The position numbers and the translations under genes are program-made. The notes beneath the pieces are model-generated. The model worked only from the letters and a program-made list of their open reading frames with translations, was not told where the DNA came from and searched no databases. Shown one piece after another: positions 37,515 to 45,242 of a stretch of 51,441 bases of DNA. Source of the DNA: a virus (Duplodnaviria > Caudoviricetes); the IMG/VR virus record IMGVR_UViG_3300039448_000011, positions 1 through 51,441 of that record, one strand, 5' to 3'. Position 1 is the first letter of the stretch. Every line of letters starts with the position of its first letter.

Positions 37515-37601
37515 AAAAAATCCCCACATAGTGGGGAACGGAACTACTTAGAAACAGACATTCTATGTCTATGTGGTTCATCCCCGCAAAACGGGGAACT
37601 G
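37514..37601 (-). CRISPR. Type I-E-like mini-array (repeat - 32-nt spacer - degenerate repeat/terminator)
   Basis: Minus strand CAGTTCCCCGTTTTGCGGGGATGAACCA + CATAGACATAGAATGTCTGTTTCTAAGTAGTT + CCGTTCCCCACTATGTGGGGATTTTTTC; 60-nt period. Confidence 0.75.
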
Positions 37602-37631
37602 CACCCTCACGGGCACGCTCATAGCAACATC

Positions 37632-37659
37632 AATTTACATGGTTTTTTTAATCTGTCAA
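37632..37659 (-). promoter_or_regulatory. sigma70 promoter facing the mini-array
   Basis: TTGACA (37659-37654)-16 nt-TAAATT (37637-37632). Confidence 0.7.
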
Positions 37660-38096
37660 TGGGTAATAAAATGAAAAAATCAACGTTAGATAAGTATTTG
37701 GCATTCGCCAGCCCTCTCACTGGCTATGGCCACGACTTCTACTTTAATGGTTATATCGCTGGCCTCAATGCCTACTATGCGCGCCTAAAGCAGCTAAAAA
37801 CGCTGGATAAACACGAAGCCGAGCTTGAGCGTGCTCGCATGGTTTATCCGACCGTTGAGTCGGCAGACGGTATCTCAGACGGGCTCGATGGCCGCCCACC
37901 TTCGGGTTACGTCCAAGAGCAAAGCCACTTAGCCGGGAATGATCATGCTGTTAAAGATGCCGAACCACGCGATAATCGTGTGATCATTCGCTGCAGTACG
38001 ACAAATAAAACGCGCTGGGATGCCCACAAAAAACCATCAGAATCCCGCGCTGATTTTATCACCCGTGTGCTGAATGCCTACTGCGACAATCAATAA
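37659..38096 (+). CDS. Protein with C-terminal ribbon-helix-helix domain (Aca-like regulator candidate; start may be 37671)
   Basis: GNDHAVKD...RVIIRCSTTNKTRW...SRADFITRVLN fits the RHH pattern. Confidence 0.65.
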   Translation: MGNKMKKSTLDKYLAFASPLTGYGHDFYFNGYIAGLNAYYARLKQLKTLDKHEAELERARMVYPTVESADGISDGLDGRPPSGYVQEQSHLAGNDHAVKDAEPRDNRVIIRCSTTNKTRWDAHKKPSESRADFITRVLNAYCDNQ

Positions 38097-38112
38097 GCAC
38101 CAATAACAAGCA

Positions 38113-38137
38113 AGGGCTGAGAGTTCTACTCAGCCCT
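38113..38137. terminator. Hairpin between convergent genes
   Basis: AGGGCTGAG-7 nt-CTCAGCCCT. Confidence 0.6.
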
Positions 38138-38156
38138 ACCCTAACCTTTATGTCAT

Positions 38157-38762
38157 TCAGAACGGAATATCATCGTCAAAGTCATCAAAGTTATTGCTTG
38201 GCTGCTGCATTGGCGACGGCTGCTGCACAGGCTGCTGGTAATTCCCTTGTTGAGGTGCTGACTGCTGAGCTGCACGCTGAGGGCTTTGCATTGATTGTGG
38301 TGCTTGCTGTTGAGGCTGCTGGTAACTTTGCTGCTGTTGAGGTGCCTGCCTAGGTTGTGGGGCTTGTTGTGGGGCTTGTTGCTGATAACCACCCTGCTGT
38401 CCGTCACCCTGCTGTCCACCGCTCTGCGGTCTACTATCCAGCATCATCATGTCGTTACAGACAATTTCAGTCGTGTAACGCTTAATCCCGTCTTTTTCCC
38501 ATTCGCGAGTGCGGAGCTTGCCTTCAAAGTAGGCACGCGAACCTTTCTTCAGGTACTGCTGACAGATTTCTGCAAGCTTGCCGTATACCGTAATGCGGTG
38601 CCATTCAGTCTGCTCGACTTTTTGACCGGTCGCCTTATCGTTATAGCTTTCATCTGTTGCGAGAGAGATATTTGCAACCGCATTGCCATTCGGCATATAA
38701 CGGACTTCTGGATCGCGACCCAGAGTACCGATTAATGTGACTTTGTTTACTGATCTGCTCAT
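38157..38762 (-). CDS. ssb: Single-stranded DNA-binding protein
   Basis: [21 protein letters not shown]-rich linker, DFDDDIPF tail. Confidence 0.97.
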   Translation of the reverse strand: MSRSVNKVTLIGTLGRDPEVRYMPNGNAVANISLATDESYNDKATGQKVEQTEWHRITVYGKLAEICQQYLKKGSRAYFEGKLRTREWEKDGIKRYTTEIVCNDMMMLDSRPQSGGQQGDGQQGGYQQQAPQQAPQPRQAPQQQQSYQQPQQQAPQSMQSPQRAAQQSAPQQGNYQQPVQQPSPMQQPSNNFDDFDDDIPF

Positions 38763-38837
38763 TTTTACTCACCTTTCGTATTTATCCTAGCCCTGCCAGG
38801 ACGGTTATCGTCATGTATAGATTATTCGATTTTCTAT

Positions 38838-38889
38838 ACATAACACTTCAGAGCGCGGGACGTTCCGCCCGCGTCCATTCTTGTTATTC
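38838..38889 (+). repeat. attC-like site, terminal site of array 2
   Basis: ACATAAC-ACTTC-AGAGCGCGGGACGTTCCGCCCGCGTCC-ATTCTT-GTTATTC. Confidence 0.7.
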
Positions 38890-39039
38890 GTGTTCGGTGA
38901 TTTCCGAACACTTAAACGTTTTTTTGCCAACATAGAACGACCCTTGACGCTCGCACTCTGTAGCTATTGTCGAATGTGCCCACTCCCAGCCTATCCATAC
39001 GCCGAAAACCAGCATTAACAATGCGAAGAACATTTTCAT
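38884..39039 (-). CDS. Small membrane-anchored protein, cassette-borne
   Basis: GAGGTG RBS before ATG at 39039; MKMFFALLML...ECERQGSFYVG; ends GTTATTCG/CGAATAAC are complementary. Confidence 0.75.
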   Translation of the reverse strand: MKMFFALLMLVFGVWIGWEWAHSTIATECERQGSFYVGKKTFKCSEITEHE

Positions 39040-39048
39040 CACCTCTCC

Positions 39049-39112
39049 GAATAACAAACATTTGAATCGTGGACTGTCGCTACGCTCCAGCCCATTAAAA
39101 TCTGGGTTATAA
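39049..39112 (+). repeat. attC-like recombination site
   Basis: GAATAAC-AAACA-TTTGAATC-GTGGACTGTCGCTACGCTCCAGCCC-ATTAAAA-TCTGG-GTTATAA. Confidence 0.85.
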
Positions 39113-39115
39113 CTC

Positions 39116-39364
39116 TTAATGGCATTCACATAAGCCGCCATTGTAATCATAAGCACCTTCATACTGCTCACCGTTATAGTGCTCTCCAGCCTCGCCATAC
39201 CAATCTTCGCCGTTACCGCAGCAATCACACACTTGAACATCGTGCTCAGGTGTTGCCGCAATCCATTTAAGAATATCGTCTTGACTCATTGGCTCTTCGG
39301 TTTCCGGTAATTGCTCGTAATTTAAGAATCCAGTCCCAGAACATCTAGTACATATTATCGCCAT
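39116..39364 (-). CDS. Cys-rich zinc-finger-like protein, cassette-borne
   Basis: GGAGG RBS; CxxCxGxG and CDCCGNG motifs; bounded by GTTATAAC at both ends. Confidence 0.8.
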   Translation of the reverse strand: MAIICTRCSGTGFLNYEQLPETEEPMSQDDILKWIAATPEHDVQVCDCCGNGEDWYGEAGEHYNGEQYEGAYDYNGGLCECH

Positions 39365-39384
39365 ACTTGCCTCCAATTAATCCG

Positions 39385-39432
39385 TTATAACAAAGTATTG
39401 CAGCGGACAAACCGCTGACTACGGGGTTATGC
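39385..39432 (+). repeat. Short attC-like recombination site
   Basis: TTATAAC-AAAGT-ATTGCAGC-GGACAAACC-GCTGACT-ACGGG-GTTATGC. Confidence 0.85.
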
Positions 39433-39600
39433 GCTTGGTAAACCTTCAAAATCGTCAATATTACCATTAAAAACTGTAGTCGAACCCTTGTAACCAGCTA
39501 GCTTTTGCAATTTTGCGTATGCTTCTAGCCACGGTTCGTGATTATAAAAACCCCAGCCATTTTCTGTTCTATGACCTTGTGAGTGTAATCCCCAATCCAC
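39427..39600 (-). pseudogene. Probable 5'-truncated cassette gene overlapping the end of the Q-like gene
   Basis: Open frame ...ENGWGFYNHEPWLEAYAKLQKLAGYKG...EGLPSA* stops in the attC R box like the other cassette genes. Confidence 0.45.
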
Positions 39601-40268
39601 TTATCCAACGGACGTAGCGACTGGTCATCAATTTTGCTGATTTCCGACATAATGATTTGCCAAATATATTTCCACTGGCGCGACCAATTTCTAGTATCAA
39701 TATTCCGGTCGCGGGAGGCCATTAATCGACCAACTTCATTCACTTGGCTCGACGATAGATCCATAGTCTTAGGCGTTTGACCTTCAATCGCTGGTGATAT
39801 TGACTCTCTGTAGTGGCATAGAGCGCAGTAGATTAAGTCCATCATCGCTGCACGCCTCTCTGGCGGCGTGCTTGGGTGTTGCTGTTGCAGATTTTTCATA
39901 CAGATTCGATACAGATGGTTTTGTATCTGCATGACATCAGCATGACTCGCCTCACCCTCTGGCTTGTAGAGTAAATTTCCCAGCGCACGGCAAAACACGG
40001 GCAACCTGTTAATCTCTGAGCGCAGGTGCATTTTTTGTTGATCACACCATATTTGGGCTACGTTTGAACTGAAGCCCCCGAAGTCGGCATTCGCGACCTT
40101 GGTCTTTTTCCAATCTCCAGACATTGCGCTGGACGCATTCGATTTTATACCGAGCTTTGCCGTTTCAATACATGAAGACAAGGCCGAGTCGGCACCGTAG
40201 AAATATATCCAGTGCCACAGGTTTCGGGCTATTAGTGGGTACGGAAGGCTTCGAGTAGTATTAGTCAA
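39525..40268 (-). CDS. Late-gene antiterminator (Q-like), by position
   Basis: 247 aa directly after ninG and upstream of a pR'/tR'-like unit; NWSRQW motif; no firm sequence family. Confidence 0.55.
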   Translation of the reverse strand: MTNTTRSLPYPLIARNLWHWIYFYGADSALSSCIETAKLGIKSNASSAMSGDWKKTKVANADFGGFSSNVAQIWCDQQKMHLRSEINRLPVFCRALGNLLYKPEGEASHADVMQIQNHLYRICMKNLQQQHPSTPPERRAAMMDLIYCALCHYRESISPAIEGQTPKTMDLSSSQVNEVGRLMASRDRNIDTRNWSRQWKYIWQIIMSEISKIDDQSLRPLDKWIGDYTHKVIEQKMAGVFIITNRG

Positions 40269-40959
40269 GGTGCAGCTCCTCTTTCAGTTTTTTCCAGCGA
40301 GCGTCACACCAGCGGCGCACGATTTTTAATTGCTTCGCGTCCCGCGTGAAATTCGGTTGCTTCCGTTCGAGATAGCTCATACGTTTTTCGTATTCTTCTA
40401 TGCCTCGGCGTCTTTTAAGGCCCTCTAAATATCCACGACTGTTTTTATTGCCGGTAATATTGCCGGAAAGGCCTTTGTTGCAGTAACGATTGCACTGCAG
40501 CTCAGTGTTGAGCGTGTTAAATCTCAATTCCTCATGAGCACCTACGGTCTTCAAGTGACCGCAGGCAAATTCACCAAGAGCATAATGGTCCGCGATTTTT
40601 GAGCAGCTAATGCACGATGGTGCTTTGCAATCATCTAAAAGCTCTTTGTACCGCTCTAACTTGATCATCCGGTTGAATGAAATCTGAGTGAGCTTCAACT
40701 GCTTTGAGACATCATTGTCGTAGTAATCTCGTTTTTTACGACCAGCCTCCTTTTTCTTTTCAGCCGCCTTCTTTTTCGTGACTCGCTGAACGTAGCAATC
40801 CAAGCCTTGGCGTAACTTTTCACGCTCTTTCTTAAGGGCTTCCAGTCCAAATTCTTCCATACAGCTAAAGGAATAGAATTTCTTTTTGTGATAGATGGTT
40901 GTGCTTGCCGCAGCCGTAGGGATGGCTCTGTCGCAACCGCATTTGCAACGTCGGGTCAT
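40261..40959 (-). CDS. ninG: NinG/Rap family endonuclease
   Basis: CISC...CGH.KTVGAH.ELRF...N...QCN..CN. Confidence 0.85.
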   Translation of the reverse strand: MTRRCKCGCDRAIPTAAASTTIYHKKKFYSFSCMEEFGLEALKKEREKLRQGLDCYVQRVTKKKAAEKKKEAGRKKRDYYDNDVSKQLKLTQISFNRMIKLERYKELLDDCKAPSCISCSKIADHYALGEFACGHLKTVGAHEELRFNTLNTELQCNRYCNKGLSGNITGNKNSRGYLEGLKRRRGIEEYEKRMSYLERKQPNFTRDAKQLKIVRRWCDARWKKLKEELHLD

Positions 40960-41390
40960 AGCTCACCGCCCTTAAGACTCTTTATGAGCTCATCATATGA
41001 AAACGCCGAAGGCTTTAGATCTTGGCGAAAATTCAAGCCCGATGGGATTTTGTTGATTTCTATCGGTGGCATTTTGGCGGCGGCGAGCTTATCAATTTCA
41101 TCTCGGGAGTAGTCAATGCCAAGGAGAATATCTGCCTGCCCCTCCAGTCGCTGCATTTCAGCAAGCAGAGCATCCAAATCAAAAAGAGCCGACCTTTCGC
41201 AATTCGGACGCTCCCTAAAAGCTGCCTCAAACGCCTCTATTCTTGCCTCCGTTTTCCGCAAATCTTCAGCCGCTTTAATCAGCGGGCTTTGCTTAACTGT
41301 TAATTTTGAAATCACCAACCAAAAAAAATAAAGAACCGATAAAGCAAGGAGAAAAATCGCCCAAAAGTTAGTTATTAATTCCCAAATCAT
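40956..41390 (-). CDS. Membrane-anchored hypothetical protein
   Basis: N-terminal TM helix plus coiled coil; ATGA overlaps. Confidence 0.7.
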   Translation of the reverse strand: MIWELITNFWAIFLLALSVLYFFWLVISKLTVKQSPLIKAAEDLRKTEARIEAFEAAFRERPNCERSALFDLDALLAEMQRLEGQADILLGIDYSRDEIDKLAAAKMPPIEINKIPSGLNFRQDLKPSAFSYDELIKSLKGGEL

Positions 41391-41884
41391 TCAGTCGCCC
41401 CCTTCTTCTGCATTAACTGCGCTAAATACTCACGTTCAGCCGCTACTTCCCGCTCCCGCTCTAATGGCCACTTAACACCCATTTCAACGCCCTGCGCGTA
41501 GATGAATTCGATAAATTGCGAATATTCCTTCCTGTTAAAGTCCTCCGTACTAGCCCTAAGGCTAACCATCCTTTCACCATCTATGGATGATGTGACCCGG
41601 CTAGGATGTTCCAGCCAATCACCCATACCTATCAGGTCTTTCTCAAACTGATCAACAAGCTTCGCCTTCCATATCTGCAACTCAAATTTTTTACCATATA
41701 CAGAAACCTGCTTAGAGATTTCTCCAATTAAGCTATGTGCTTTTTCGCGTTGCGCTCTCGTTCGGCTTGGACGACGAATCAAAACCGACACACCACCACT
41801 CAGGAGCATCTCAATAACAAATGCTTTAATCGCTGCCATTGCAGCTCTAGCGTTAGACTGATCAAAATTAAATTCTCTAGCCAC
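41387..41884 (-). CDS. ninB: NinB/Orf family protein
   Basis: RTRAQREKAHSLIGEISKQV...WK...ST...EYSQFIEFIYA.G...GVKW; GTG at 41884 preceded by AGGA. Confidence 0.8.
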   Translation of the reverse strand: MAREFNFDQSNARAAMAAIKAFVIEMLLSGGVSVLIRRPSRTRAQREKAHSLIGEISKQVSVYGKKFELQIWKAKLVDQFEKDLIGMGDWLEHPSRVTSSIDGERMVSLRASTEDFNRKEYSQFIEFIYAQGVEMGVKWPLEREREVAAEREYLAQLMQKKGATE

Positions 41885-42113
41885 GTCTTTGATTCCTATA
41901 TTCAGAAGCAACGGCATGAAGATACTCATTCGCAATTCTTCGGCCTGTGCGGTTTTTAGCTGAAAACTTCTTTTCGTATTCCAGAGCAACTTACTGTTGC
42001 TTACTTTTTGGAATTACTGCCATTCGAGCGGCAATCCAAGATCGGTCAGATTCGTTCTTGCCCCGATAGTGATAAAAGCGAGGCATGATCAAGCTGTTGG
42101 TATCGACGCTCAC
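41877..42113 (-). pseudogene. Small phage gene interrupted by one in-frame TAA
   Basis: MSVDTNSLIMPRFYHY...KSKQQ*VALEYEKKF...GRRIANEYL...RRG*; stop at 41993-41991; both ends overlap the neighbouring genes. Confidence 0.6.
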
Positions 42114-42334
42114 GCAACTACCCGCTTTTCGTACTTCGTCACATAGCCAGACTTACGCATTTCAGCGTCCAGTTTCTGGGCGTATTTTTCGGCTACTGAG
42201 CGAATTCGTGTTCGTTCGCCGCCCAATAGTGCCCAGCCGTCTTTCTTGTGAAGACCAATGACAATTCCTCTCCCAGAGGTAATGTCCTGGTTCATATTGC
42301 TCACTTCGTTTCTGTCTGCGTACTCTCGACTCAT
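42110..42334 (-). CDS. Hypothetical protein
   Basis: 74 aa; GWALLGG motif; coupled overlaps. Confidence 0.7.
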   Translation of the reverse strand: MSREYADRNEVSNMNQDITSGRGIVIGLHKKDGWALLGGERTRIRSVAEKYAQKLDAEMRKSGYVTKYEKRVVA

Positions 42335-42897
42335 GCAACACCTTCCCGGTCGGAAGTAACTTCGTCGATGCTCGTCAGATCTTCCGCTATCGAATCCAGT
42401 ACTTCGCTAATGTCGTCCTTCATAATTTCCGAGAGACGGCGAACAACGGCAATTTTCAATTCCTTCTCAGAAATACAAATAGGCAATGGCGCTGCAAGCT
42501 TGCTTTCGACTTCGCCTATACTGCGCAATACGGAATTAATTTTGTCGTCTGAAGTTGCTGTTTTTGCTGAATTTACCACTGCCAATTCCTCTTTAAGTTT
42601 GCTTTTGTCGAGAACTAAAACTTCAGGCTTGCGGGCTTTTGGCATTGCCTTTGGTTTTTTCTTTTTAGGTTTAGGCGCCTCAATGACGACTCCCTTGAAT
42701 TTCGCAATACCTTCTCGCGTTGGTCGATAAACATGCAGGCCATCACGAGAAATTAGCTTTTCGGTTACCAGCTCATTGATTGCCCGCGTAAATGCATTGC
42801 CCATCTCTACACCAATACACATAGCAATATTTGCAAGCCTGGCCTTTTCGAGTTTTATCAACGCTTGCAATATTGCGCTTTTCATTATTTGGCTCAT
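42331..42897 (-). CDS. Winged-helix-like DNA-binding protein
   Basis: AINELVTEKLISR...YRPTREG; ATGA overlap at 42897. Confidence 0.6.
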   Translation of the reverse strand: MSQIMKSAILQALIKLEKARLANIAMCIGVEMGNAFTRAINELVTEKLISRDGLHVYRPTREGIAKFKGVVIEAPKPKKKKPKAMPKARKPEVLVLDKSKLKEELAVVNSAKTATSDDKINSVLRSIGEVESKLAAPLPICISEKELKIAVVRRLSEIMKDDISEVLDSIAEDLTSIDEVTSDREGVA

Positions 42898-43064
42898 GCG
42901 TCCCAATCACTCACTTTCTGCAACTTCTCGTCGCGATATTCTTCCGGCTCGCTCGCACTATCACGACGAACCCACGTCAGGTGTTGGCTAGACTTGGTAA
43001 TGACGAACGCTTGCGCCCCATCGGGAAGCTTCACGCCATCCCCTGCTTGAAAATCAGTTCTCAT
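42894..43064 (-). CDS. Hypothetical protein
   Basis: MRTDFQAGDGVKL...; ATGA overlap with the P-like gene, GGAG RBS. Confidence 0.6.
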   Translation of the reverse strand: MRTDFQAGDGVKLPDGAQAFVITKSSQHLTWVRRDSASEPEEYRDEKLQKVSDWDA

Positions 43065-43732
43065 AAAGACTCCATTAGGCTGCGTATATTTCTCTGAGCG
43101 CGGTTTGGCTCCGTAGGCTTGTGCATCAAGCATTCAGAATCGCGCAACGGTTTAAACTCATTCCACGGTCGCCCAGACTTCCAGTGCTCAATTGTTTTAA
43201 GCCGTGCAGAAATAATCATTTCCGTAACGTACTGAGTGTTTTTTCTGCGAGCCTCACCTTGATCCATGATCGACCAAATGTGATACCCAGCGCCGGTTAG
43301 GCGCGTTCGGGGAATTCGGATTTTCGTTAGAATTAAATCAATCGCATTTTTTTCGTTTGGAATACCAGCGCTTATCGCGGCTTCATCCCAGCACCATTGG
43401 CAAAACTGTCCGGCGGCAGGTGGACGCACCCAGCCAGTGGCTCTCGCAGCTTTTAATCCGTGCTCAATGAGCGGGTGTGAATTAACACCAAACTCGATCA
43501 TGGTTTGCAGCCAGACATTGCGAATGCCATTAATTTCGTCCGCTGAGCGGTATAGTTCCCGCCACTTCGGAAAAATCAGGGTTATCTGAGTAATCAACCA
43601 GTTCACCAGTTTCGCGTCCTCCTGCGTCGGCTGAATCGCTGAAGGGGTTTTTACCGAAGTCCTTGAGCCAGTCTGTGGATTCGAGCGCTTCGCGCTGGTC
43701 AGGGCCTGAATTGAATTGCTGACTTGATCCAT
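43061..43732 (-). CDS. Replication protein P-like helicase loader
   Basis: W...M.E.GV.....I..GL..AR......P.AGQF..WC (lambda P family pattern); GAGG RBS. Confidence 0.8.
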   Translation of the reverse strand: MDQVSNSIQALTSAKRSNPQTGSRTSVKTPSAIQPTQEDAKLVNWLITQITLIFPKWRELYRSADEINGIRNVWLQTMIEFGVNSHPLIEHGLKAARATGWVRPPAAGQFCQWCWDEAAISAGIPNEKNAIDLILTKIRIPRTRLTGAGYHIWSIMDQGEARRKNTQYVTEMIISARLKTIEHWKSGRPWNEFKPLRDSECLMHKPTEPNRAQRNIRSLMESL

Positions 43733-44495
43733 TGCCGTTACCTCGTTGATTTTTAATATTCTGGTGCTGCACCCAAGCGCGCTGAGTCGATTTAAAAAAT
43801 GAAGTTTCGTAATTCCCGCCAAATGGTTTTTTATTCGCGGTTAGCCAAAATCCAACAAACTCAGGAATGCAATCACGAATAAATTCCTCAGGGATGTTCA
43901 GCATTAAAATTCTTTGGATCGTTGTTTGTTCGGGTTGCCAGCGCTCGGTCAGCTCCTCAGGAGAAGTAAATTCCTGAAGAGGTTCAGATTCAAAAACTTT
44001 TGCCTGTTGTTGTAGTTGTTTATTCCCTTCCCCTTCCCTTTCCCTTTCCCCTTCCCCTTGATAAAGATCGTTACGCGTGGGCGACGCGTCATTCACGCGT
44101 GAAGTATTGGTTAAATTATTAGTATTCATGGGGTCTTCAGCGTGCTGCGCTTCAACTTGGTCGGCAGAAGGAATGACCGATGCCTTTTCTCTGTTATTGA
44201 CAACTTGGTGACGTGAGAAAGACGGAATGCACCCATAGCCTTTGCCCTGAACCGTGTACTGAAAAACAAAACCACGCGTGGCTAACGCGTCAAGCACGCG
44301 TGAAAAGTCAATTTCATCGTATGGCATTACATCTAATTTTAATTGTCTAGGTCGCCACTCAAATCGACCCTCTCTGTCACAACAGGTAAACAAACCTATA
44401 AATGCAAGACGCAGCGGAAGCTCGGTTTCTTTTTCCGCTTCGAATAAATCTTCATGTCGAAACAATTCAGGCTTCACCGTTCTGATTCTGGCCAT
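43530..44495 (-). CDS. Replication initiator (O-like) with DnaT-like C-terminal domain
   Basis: MARIRTVKPE N-terminus; WQP...EFVGFW motif; internal iterons. Confidence 0.85.
   Translation of the reverse strand: MARIRTVKPELFRHEDLFEAEKETELPLRLAFIGLFTCCDREGRFEWRPRQLKLDVMPYDEIDFSRVLDALATRGFVFQYTVQGKGYGCIPSFSRHQVVNNREKASVIPSADQVEAQHAEDPMNTNNLTNTSRVNDASPTRNDLYQGEGEREREGEGNKQLQQQAKVFESEPLQEFTSPEELTERWQPEQTTIQRILMLNIPEEFIRDCIPEFVGFWLTANKKPFGGNYETSFFKSTQRAWVQHQNIKNQRGNGNGSSQQFNSGPDQREALESTDWLKDFGKNPFSDSADAGGRETGELVDYSDNPDFSEVAGTIPLSGRN
44073..44301. repeat. Putative origin iterons: two clusters of 3x ACGCGT at 11-nt period
   Basis: ACGCGT at 44073, 44084, 44095 and 44274, 44285, 44296; AT-rich tract at 44104-44129. 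Confidence 0.75.
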
Positions 44496-44598
44496 TAATA
44501 CAAACCCGCAAAGTCGCTTAAAAGTAAAAACACATCAGTACCTTTTCAGGGCCTTAAAAAAACAATTACTAATTTCAAATAAATTAGTAGATAAAATA

Positions 44599-44675
<77 letters not shown>

Positions 44676-44735
44676 AAAATACGTTACGTGATCGACTAAA
44701 ACCCACGCGCCTGACTAAATCATTCGTGTGTGTAA

Positions 44736-44855
44736 CGCATTGAAAAGCCACCCCTCAAAGAATGCACTCGGTACGCCTTGCTCCCGCTTTTAACGGCAAG
44801 TACACTCCGGAGTGGCTTATCAATACGTCCTCTGCTGTACTGCGCTAGGCAGAGG
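44736..44855 (-). ncRNA. Structured RNA segment upstream of the tRNA
   Basis: 16-bp stem CGTATTGATAAGCCAC/GTGGCTTTTCAATGCG with nested stem; adjacent CCTCTGC/GCAGAGG stem. Confidence 0.45.
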
Positions 44856-44950
44856 CTCTAGCTTGGGGAAGATTTAAGGATTCATGGCAATTCTCCAGTT
44901 GATTAACTTTTCTTCTATGGTTCGAATGAGGATTGACCTCTAGCACCCAG

Positions 44951-45007
44951 AAAGCCCGCAGTAGCGGGCTGAGATTTATGCTTTAAAAAGTCCCCGCCGG
45001 AGCGGGG
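44951..45007 (-). terminator. Two tR-like hairpins
   Basis: AGCCCGC-4 nt-GCGGGCT and CCCCGC-4 nt-GCGGGG, each followed by T residues on the minus strand. Confidence 0.55.
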
Positions 45008-45020
45008 CAAGGAGTCCGCC

Positions 45021-45242
45021 CTATGCGGAATGCACCAACCTGCAATGGGTTCTCTTTGTTACATCTACATTTTCACGCATAGATTTAATTTCGCTTTGCA
45101 ATGCAGAAAGCAATTCAGACGAACTTTCAGCGCCTTTAATTTTTTTTCTCAAAATATTGAGAATTTCTGCTTCACTTATTCCAAAGTGCGCCGCAATAAC
45201 GTCTAAGTCAGACGAATATTCAGTCTTAATTCTCCCAGTCAT
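45021..45242 (-). CDS. Hypothetical protein
   Basis: 73 aa, GGAGGGAG RBS. Confidence 0.7.
   Translation of the reverse strand: MTGRIKTEYSSDLDVIAAHFGISEAEILNILRKKIKGAESSSELLSALQSEIKSMRENVDVTKRTHCRLVHSA

Noticed and set aside
38884-39261. 125-aa ORF from the six-frame track
   Set aside because: It runs through an attC site and overlaps the Cys-rich gene; the RBS supports a start at 39039
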